From Nitrospirota bacterium (GTDB taxonomy: Bacteria; Nitrospirota; JACRHJ01), in the NCBI GenBank assembly GCA_963845245.1, contig CAWJRJ010000013.1, forward strand, positions 1 to 64,000: a DNA stretch of 64,000 bases. The letters run 5' to 3'. The translations under genes and the position numbers were made by a program. Positions 1-8,195 of the stretch are shown piece by piece. The notes under the pieces are model-generated. The model was given only the letters and a program-made list of their open reading frames with translations, did no database searches and was not told the origin of the DNA. The first letter of the stretch is position 1. Every line of letters starts with the position of its first letter.

Positions 1-1
1 C

Positions 2-3000
2 TGCTAATGCTTTCGCTATTACTATATAGCTATATAGCTTCCTTGAACTGCTTATAGTATTACCATTACATACTAATACTGTTGCTAATGCTTTCGCTAT
101 TACTATATAGCTTCCTTGAACTGCTTATAGTATTACCATTACATACTAATACTGTTGCTAATGCTTTCGCTATTACTATATAGCTATATAGCTTCCTTGA
201 ACTGCTTATAGTATTACCATTACATACTAATACTGTTGCTAATGCTTTCGCTATTACTATATAGCTATATAGCTTCCTTGAACTGCTTATAGTATTACTA
301 TTACATACTAATACTGTTGCTAATGCTTTCGCTATTACTATATAGCTATATAGCTTCCTTGAACTGCTTATAGTATTACTATTACATACTAATACTGTTG
401 CTAATGCTTTCGCTATTACTATATAGCTATATAGCTTCCTTGAACTGCTTATAGTATTACCATTACATACTAATACTGTTGCTAATGCTTTCGCTATTAC
501 TATATAGCTATATAGCTTCCTTGAACTGCTTATAGTATTACCATTACATACTAATACTGTTGCTAATGCTTTCGCTATTACTATATAGCTATATAGCTTC
601 CTTGAACTGCTTATAGTATTACCATTACATACTAATACTGTTGCTAATGCTTTCGCTATTACTATATTAGCTTCCTTGAACTGCTTATAGTATTACCATT
701 ACATACTAATACTGTTGCTAATGCTTTCGCTATTACTATATAGCTATATAGCTTCCTTGAACTGCTTATAGTATTACCATTACATACTAATACTGTTGCT
801 AATGCTTTCGCTATTACTATATAGCTATATAGCTTCCTTGAACTGCTTATAGTATTACCATTACATACTAATACTGTTGCTAATGCTTTCGCTATTACTA
901 TATAGCTATATAGCTTCCTTGAACTGCTTATAGTATTACCATTACATACTAATACTGTTGCTAATGCTTTCGCTATTACTATATAGCTATATTCCTTGAA
1001 CTGCTTATAGTATTACCATTACATACTAATACTGTTGCTAATGCTTTCGCTATTACTATATAGCTATATAGCTTCCTTGAACTGCTTATAGTATTACTAT
1101 TACATACTAATACTGTTGCTAATGCTTTCGCTATTACTATATAGCTATATAGCTTCCTTGAACTGCTTATAGTATTACCATTACATACTAATACTGTTGC
1201 TAATGCTTTCGCTATTACTATATAGCTATATAGCTTCCTTGAACTGCTTATAGTATTACCATTACATACTAATACTGTTGCTAATGCTTTCGCTATTACT
1301 ATATAGCTATATAGCTTCCTTGAACTGCTTATAGTATTACCATTACATACTAATACTGTTGCTAATGCTTTCGCTATTACTATATAGCTATATAGCTTCC
1401 TTGAACTGCTTATAGTATTACCATTACATACTAATACTGTTGCTAATGCTTTCGCTATTACTATATAGCTATATAGCTTCCTTGAACTGCTTATAGTATT
1501 ACTATTACATACTAATACTGTTGCTAATGCTTTCGCTATTACTATATAGCTATATAGCTTCCTTGAACTGCTTATAGTATTACCATTACATACTAATACT
1601 GTTGCTAATGCTTTCGCTATTACTATATAGCTATATAGCTTCCTTGAACTGCTTATAGTATTACCATTACATACTAATACTGTTGCTAATGCTTTCGCTA
1701 TTACTATATAGCTATATAGCTTCCTTGAACTGCTTATAGTATTACTATTACATACTAATACTGTTGCTAATGCTTTCGCTATTACTATATTACTATATAG
1801 CTTCCTTGAACTGCTTATAGTATTACTATTACATACTAATACTGTTGCTAATGCTTTCGCTATTACTATATGCTATATAGCTTCCTTGAACTGCTTATAG
1901 TATTACCATTACATACTAATACTGTTGCTAATGCTTTCGCTATTACTATATAGCTTCCTTGAACTGCTTATAGTATTACCATTACATACTAATACTGTTG
2001 CTAATGCTTTCGCTATTACTATATAGCTATATAGCTTCCTTGAACTGCTTATAGTATTACTATTACATACTAATACTGTTGCTAATGCTTTCGCTATTAC
2101 TATATAGCTATATAGCTTCCTTGAACTGCTTATAGTATTACTATTACATACTAATACTGTTGCTAATGCTTTCGCTATTACTATATAGCTATATAGCTTC
2201 CTTGAACTGCTTATAGTATTACCATTACATACTAATACTGTTGCTAATGCTTTCGCTATTACTATACTATATAGCTTCCTTGAACTGCTTATAGTATTAC
2301 TATTACATACTAATACTGTTGCTAATGCTTTCGCTATTACTATATAGCTATATAGCTTCCTTGAACTGCTTATAGTATTACCATTACATACTAATACTGT
2401 TGCTAATGCTTTCGCTATTACTATATAGCTATATAGCTTCCTTGAACTGCTTATAGTATTACTATTACATACTAATACTGTTGCTAATGCTTTCGCTATT
2501 ACTATATAGCTATATAGCTTCCTTGAACTGCTTATAGTATTACCATTACATACTAATACTGTTGCTAATGCTTTCGCTATTACTATATACTATATAGCTT
2601 CCTTGAACTGCTTATAGTATTACCATTACATACTAATACTGTTGCTAATGCTTTCGCTATTACTATATAGCTATATAGCTTCCTTGAACTGCTTATAGTA
2701 TTACCATTACATACTAATACTGTTGCTAATGCTTTCGCTATTACTATATAGCTATATAGCTTCCTTGAACTGCTTATAGTATTACCATTACATACTAATA
2801 CTGTTGCTAATGCTTTCGCTATTACTATATAGCTATATAGCTTCCTTGAACTGCTTATAGTATTACCATTACATACTAATACTGTTGCTAATGCTTTCGC
2901 TATTACTATATAGCTTCCTTGAACTGCTTATAGTATTACCATTACATACTAATACTGTTGCTAATGCTTTCGCTATTACTATATAGCTATATAGCTTCCT

Positions 3001-4409
3001 TGAACTGCTTATAGTATTACCATTACATACTAATACTGTTGCTAATGCTTTCGCTATTACTATATAGCTATATAGCTTCCTTGAACTGCTTATAGTATTA
3101 CCATTACATACTAATACTGTTGCTAATGCTTTCGCTATTACTATATAGCTATATAGCTTCCTTGAACTGCTTATAGTATTACCATTACATACTAATACTG
3201 TTGCTAATGCTTTCGCTATTACTATATAGCTATATAGCTTCCTTGAACTGCTTATAGTATTACCATTACATACTAATACTGTTGCTAATGCTTTCGCTAT
3301 TACTATATAGCTATATAGCTTCCTTGAACTGCTTATAGTATTACCATTACATACTAATACTGTTGCTAATGCTTTCGCTATTATCTATATAGCTTCCTTG
3401 AACTGCTTATAGTATTACCATTACATACTAATACTGTTGCTAATGCTTTCGCTATTACTATATAGCTATATAGCTTCCTTGAACTGCTTATAGTATTACT
3501 ATTACATACTAATACTGTTGCTAATGCTTTCGCTATTACTATATAGCTATATAGCTTCCTTGAACTGCTTATAGTATTACCATTACATACTAATACTGTT
3601 GCTAATGCTTTCGCTATTACTATATAGCTATATAGCTTCCTTGAACTGCTTATAGTATTACTATTACATACTAATACTGTTGCTAATGCTTTCGCTATTA
3701 CTATATAGCTATATAGCTTCCTTGAACTGCTTATAGTATTACCATTACATACTAATACTGTTGCTAATGCTTTCGCTATTACTATATAGCTATATAGCTT
3801 CCTTGAACTGCTTATAGTATTACCATTACATACTAATACTGTTGCTAATGCTTTCGCTATTACTATATAGCTATATAGCTTCCTTGAACTGCTTATAGTA
3901 TTACCATTACATACTAATACTGTTGCTAATGCTTTCGCTATTACTATATAGCTATATAGCTTCCTTGAACTGCTTATAGTATTACCATTACATACTAATA
4001 CTGTTGCTAATGCTTTCGCTATTACTATATAGCTATATAGCTTCCTTGAACTGCTTATAGTATTACTATTACATACTAATACTGTTGCTAATGCTTTCGC
4101 TATTACTATATAGCTATATAGCTTCCTTGAACTGCTTATAGTATTACTATTACATACTAATACTGTTGCTAATGCTTTCGCTATTACTATATAGCTATAT
4201 AGCTTCCTTGAACTGCTTATAGTATTACTATTACATACTAATACTGTTGCTAATGCTTTCGCTATTACTATATACTATATAGCTTCCTTGAACTGCTTAT
4301 AGTATTACCATTACATACTAATACTGTTGCTAATGCTTTCGCTATTACTATATATAGCTTCCTTGAACTGCTTATAGTATTACCATTACATACTAATACT
4401 GTTGCTAAT
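2..4409. repeat. Tandem array, 55 complete copies of an 81-bp unit (gctaatgctttcgctattactatatagctatatagcttccttgaactgcttatagtattacYattacatactaatactgtt)
   Basis: GCTAAT unit starts counted at 3, 84, 157, 238 ... 4329, with a partial start at 4404. 44 units are 81 bp and 11 are 73-80 bp. Confidence 0.99.
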
Positions 4410-4595
4410 TAATTGTTGTTTCAACCCAGCAACCCGAATCATGAAGAACTCATCCAAATTAGAACTGGCAATTGCCACAAACTTCAGCCTTTCAAGCAAA
4501 GGCTTACCAGAATCATTCGCCTCCTCTAATACTCGTTCATTAAATTTCAGCCAGCTTAATTCCCTATTTAAAAAATGCTGTTCCTTATCAAACAT
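4410..4595 (-). pseudogene. ppk1: Polyphosphate kinase 1, 5' fragment cut by the array or a junction
   Basis: [19 protein letters not shown]...[30 protein letters not shown] is the PPK1 N-terminal signature. The frame runs into the array and stops at 4386. Confidence 0.93.
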
Positions 4596-4787
4596 GGCTC
4601 CACCCTGCCTATATTAAAATTTTAGTTTATCAATTTCATTGTAAAATTTCTTTTTCGACATAATCCTTTGTTTTACCTGCCCTTTCCTGCCCCCACAAGC
4701 GCGCATTCTGCATTCTTAACAATAACTTAACAATTAAATACTACTTTTATTAGAATATTCCTTCATTTCGTTCAACAATTCCACATA

Positions 4788-5200
4788 TTATAAAAGACTA
4801 TTGTTCCATGTAGTAATAGCATTAACAACCTTGGGTAATATAGGAACCTCTCTACATTTACCTGTTTTAGCTGACCCTATTTCATATTTACGAGTTATCT
4901 TATTTTGCTTTAAACTGTGCCTAATATGTATGATGCTGTTTTTCAAATCTATATCATCCCAACTAAGACCTAATACTTCACCAATTCTAGCCCCGGTATA
5001 AACAGAAAGAACATAATACAGGTAATTCCTTGTATTCTTCCGATCTGCTATTAAAATACTTAACTCTTCTTTAGTGAGAGGTATTACTTCTTTCTTGTTT
5101 TTAGGTGGGACTTCCAGACCATCAGCAGGACTAGTAAGAATATATTTATTTTTAACTGCTATCCTCAAAGATTGCTGTAATACCACACGAACACGGGGAA
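4788..5200 (-). pseudogene. Tyrosine integrase remnant
   Basis: YTGARIGEVLGLSWDDIDL box I and AKTG are present. The ORF stops before the HxxR/Tyr box II, and the N-terminus is missing. Confidence 0.85.
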
Positions 5201-5392
5201 CATTAAAATACAGCGAAGCTAGAGAAATTGCAGCAGTAATAGGCTTTAAAATCGAATGGATCAAAGAATCATAGCAATTTTTCGGTTAGCCCTTGTTAAT
5301 AAATCAATTTCAATAGTTGCAGATTGGGAACTGACATAGCTGAGGTTGGTTCTAATCTGCTCAATACCGATTCGCCCGCGATGGGTGTACAC

Positions 5393-5428
5393 AAAAGACC
5401 TACATTTTCAAAGTAGGTCTCATTTTTT
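5393..5428. terminator. Bidirectional intrinsic terminator
   Basis: aaaAGACCTAC-loop-GTAGGTCT followed by a T-tract, just after the 5443 stop. Confidence 0.75.
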
Positions 5429-5442
5429 TGCCTATTGCATAG

Positions 5443-6510
5443 TTAGGATGGTATCATTACTCTTCTTGCCCATTCCTGTCCCCTCAAGATTTTCTGAACA
5501 AACTCATATAAATTATCATCGGAAAATACATATCCCGGTATCCCCGCTCCATTGGCTACAGCAAGATCACGCTCTCTACCGCCAACCAAAAACGATCTAC
5601 TAAGATCAACAGGCCATTCCTGGCAAGCTTCCCTGATTAGCCCAGGTAAAGGCATGTGACATTTGCAATGGGTAGCGTACTTCGCGACTGTTCCTGCCGG
5701 ATGATGGGGGCAGACATAAAAAGAATGAATAAAAGCATCTTGTCTTTCTAGCTCTTCCTCCATATAACTGTGAAAATCATACACGTCTTCTTCCCGAAAA
5801 AATCCTCTGGCAATTCCACTTTGGTTCGTAATGACAAATACAAAATACTCCAGGTCATTTAACTCACGAATCGCCTCAATCGCCCCAGACATCCAAACCA
5901 GTTCTTTGGGACTACAAATATACCCCCTATCCACATTTAATACTCCATCACGAGTAAAAAACACAGCTGGCTGCTTCTTCATACTTTCACGCTCCCATGT
6001 TAAATAATTTGAAATTCTTTTTACATAAGTATGCCTGCAAGTGAGCTGTGTCACGTCCATACTACACAACCCCATCTTCTCAAATACCACTACTACCTTC
6101 GCTGCATCCTTGGCCTTTAGCAGCCCTTCCCGATAGGATGCATTCGTCACCCCGCCACTCATATGACTGATCAAGTTAAAAGCCAGATCGTTGTTTTGTC
6201 CTTCGGGCACGCCAATGAGAAAAATTAAATTGGCTTCCAGGTCAACCCTATTATCCCAACGGAACGGCTCATCACTTCTGGCAAAAGCGATAAAGGGACT
6301 TTCTACATAGGTACTTTTACCATAGGGCATGGCGACACCATAGCCGATGACAGTATAGAATAACTCTTCCTGTGCAAAGACCGCCTCTATATACCCCGCA
6401 ACATCACTAACACAACCAACCTCCCCCGCTTTTCGGGCTAGATTTCTAATAATTTCTTCTTTGTTCTTTGACTTCACATGTAATTCGATAAGTGACTCAT
6501 TCGTAATCAT
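5443..6510 (-). CDS. PTS EIIA(Fru/Ntr)-like domain fused to a GmhB/HisB-like HAD-IIIA domain, both degenerate
   Basis: ATG at 6510 with RBS GGGGAG. EIIA-like IGYGVAMPYGKS. HAD-like FFTRDGVLN, VITNQSGIARG, CPHHP...CKC. A second possible start (MKKQP) lies at 5982. Confidence 0.8.
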   Translation of the reverse strand: MITNESLIELHVKSKNKEEIIRNLARKAGEVGCVSDVAGYIEAVFAQEELFYTVIGYGVAMPYGKSTYVESPFIAFARSDEPFRWDNRVDLEANLIFLIGVPEGQNNDLAFNLISHMSGGVTNASYREGLLKAKDAAKVVVVFEKMGLCSMDVTQLTCRHTYVKRISNYLTWERESMKKQPAVFFTRDGVLNVDRGYICSPKELVWMSGAIEAIRELNDLEYFVFVITNQSGIARGFFREEDVYDFHSYMEEELERQDAFIHSFYVCPHHPAGTVAKYATHCKCHMPLPGLIREACQEWPVDLSRSFLVGGRERDLAVANGAGIPGYVFSDDNLYEFVQKILRGQEWARRVMIPS

Positions 6511-6690
6511 TTGTCTCCCCCAGTCCATCTGATTAAAAAAAATACCATAAACCACGAAGACTTTTACAGATTCTCCACAAACATGAATTAACTATTTTCT
6601 TTTCTATATACTATAGGTAACAACCAGTGGGATAAAATCACCTATACAGCTTCCTTCACTTGTAAGATTGATAATGCAAATCATTTCTTC

Positions 6691-6972
6691 TTACTTTGTA
6701 CCTTGGTTATGTATTGAGTTGAAAAGATTGTCTATTAATAAACATTCATCACCTCCTAAGCTGGTTTCAATTGGGGGGGATTTTAAATTCTCGCTTATCA
6801 AATCCGAAAGGGTTACGTTTAAAGCTAGGGCAAGCTTTTGCGCAATTATTACGGTAGGCTGCTTCTTATTTGCCTCAAGTTCTGATATATAGGTTTGGGA
6901 AACACCTGATTCATCGGATAACTTTTTCTGCGACCAACCTTTCGCCTTACGGAACTTAACTAATTTTTCCAA
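6691..6972 (-). CDS. XRE-family HTH regulator (Cro-like)
   Basis: RKAKGWSQKKLSDESGVSQTYISELEANKKQP HTH_3 pattern. Confidence 0.85.
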   Translation of the reverse strand: MEKLVKFRKAKGWSQKKLSDESGVSQTYISELEANKKQPTVIIAQKLALALNVTLSDLISENLKSPPIETSLGGDECLLIDNLFNSIHNQGTK

Positions 6973-7002
6973 TTAATCACCCCCTATTGCTTTTCATTAT
7001 AT

Positions 7003-7080
7003 CGCTTTAGCGAATCACATGTCAACCGCTTTTGCGCTTTATTTATATACGTTTTCCAGTATGTTATAATTGCTATAGCG
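7003..7080. promoter_or_regulatory. Three operator-like pseudo-palindromes between divergent XRE genes
   Basis: CGCTTTAGCG (7003), CGCTTTTGCG (7027) and TGCTATAGCG (7071), all close to the palindrome CGCTATAGCG. Confidence 0.6.
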
Positions 7081-7091
7081 TTGTATAGAAG

Positions 7092-7430
7092 GTGAATAAT
7101 ATGATTGATGTTGGCAATAGAGTCACTGCATTAAGAGAACAAAAAGGATGGAGCCAGTACAAATTATATAAACTAGCTGAAATAGGTCAAACCACTTTAA
7201 GTGATATTGAGTCTGGCAAAAAAGTGCCTACAGTTACTACTCTAGCTAAAATCTGTAAAGCTCTTGAAATTTCACTATCGGACTTCTTTTCAGAAGATGA
7301 GACAATTCTAGTTAGTCATAACGATGGTGAAATAGAAAATCTTCCAGAATATTTAAAAAAAGAACTAGAAACTTATAAAGAATTTGTTCTCTATAAACAT
7401 GGCATTAAAAAATCTGATATAGATAAGTAG
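7092..7430 (+). CDS. XRE-family HTH repressor (CI/ImmR-like)
   Basis: LREQKGWSQYKLYKLAEIGQTTLSDIESGKKVPT; divergent from the 6691-6972 gene. Confidence 0.88.
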   Translation: MNNMIDVGNRVTALREQKGWSQYKLYKLAEIGQTTLSDIESGKKVPTVTTLAKICKALEISLSDFFSEDETILVSHNDGEIENLPEYLKKELETYKEFVLYKHGIKKSDIDK

Positions 7431-7463
7431 CAGGTTTATAATTATTGAAAAAATACATAGCAT

Positions 7464-7516
7464 AAAAAAGGCATCTGTGAACCCTTGAATTTATCGGGTT
7501 ATCAGATGCCTTTTTA
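7464..7516. terminator. Long bidirectional hairpin terminator
   Basis: AAAAAAGGCATCTG...CAGATGCCTTTTTT between convergent ORFs. Confidence 0.75.
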
Positions 7517-7670
7517 GCAAAAAATATTGATTTTAATGAGTTAATTAACAGCCCCCCGAAGGCAGGTTGTAAATATTAATATGAAAGTACACAATTATTG
7601 CAAAGTAATATTAAGGCCTGGGGCTAATTTTATGTAGTGCGGCCGGACAAGATCATACTACATCTATTTT

Positions 7671-8195
7671 TTACAGACTCTGTACTTTTTGTTTTACAGC
7701 TGAAATGAACGTATTATTTTCTGCATAAGCATTCACGTCCTGTATTACTTGATTGCAAAAGGACTGCGCCTTATCCTTGGCCTGCAAGTGGTCTGTAATA
7801 TACTTAATATCATTGTCAACTTTTAGGTTTGAGGCTCTGTATTGATCTAATGCACCCTGGTTTTGGTAGAAATTTATCTTGTCCTGTGCGGCTTCCTTTG
7901 TGGGGCTGTTTTGTATGTCCTCCAACATATTTTTGTACTTGGCATTCCAGGTAGCGAGCTGTTCTTGTTCGGCAGCGGCTTTAGCGTCGCTAGCCTTCAA
8001 ATTTCCTGCTATATACGCAATATCATTGTCAACTTTCAGCCCCGAGGATCTAAATTGATCTAATTCGCCATCATTTTGGTAGTAATTTATCTTTTCCTGC
8101 GCCTTTTCCATTGTGCTGCTCTTGGCTATGTCATCCATTACGTTTTTGTATCGATCATTCCAGGCAACACTCCTTTCGGCTTCAGTAGTAGCGGG
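7671..8195 (-). CDS. 3' part of a protein with ~71-aa internal repeats; 5' end lost at the junction
   Basis: The frame stays open upstream of 8138 (ATTEAERSVAWNDRYKNVMDDI), matching the second repeat (AEQEQLATWNAKYKNMLEDI). Confidence 0.7.
   Translation of the reverse strand, partial: PATTEAERSVAWNDRYKNVMDDIAKSSTMEKAQEKINYYQNDGELDQFRSSGLKVDNDIAYIAGNLKASDAKAAAEQEQLATWNAKYKNMLEDIQNSPTKEAAQDKINFYQNQGALDQYRASNLKVDNDIKYITDHLQAKDKAQSFCNQVIQDVNAYAENNTFISAVKQKVQSL

Noticed and set aside
2..4409. CRISPR or TIGR-like array
   Set aside because: There are no unique spacers, the whole unit repeats, and no cas or effector gene is nearby.
2..4409. TAG-recoded ORF on the plus strand (two frames have a single TAG per unit)
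   Set aside because: No sign of an alternative code; neighbouring genes use TAG as a stop.
2..4409. Sigma70 promoter created by concatenation
   Set aside because: Only weak -35/-10 matches with poor spacing, as expected in AT-rich DNA.
7003..7080. Array acting as a decoy for the XRE operators (GCTATATAGC versus GCTATAGCG)
   Set aside because: The spacing differs, the match is short, and physical linkage is unproven.
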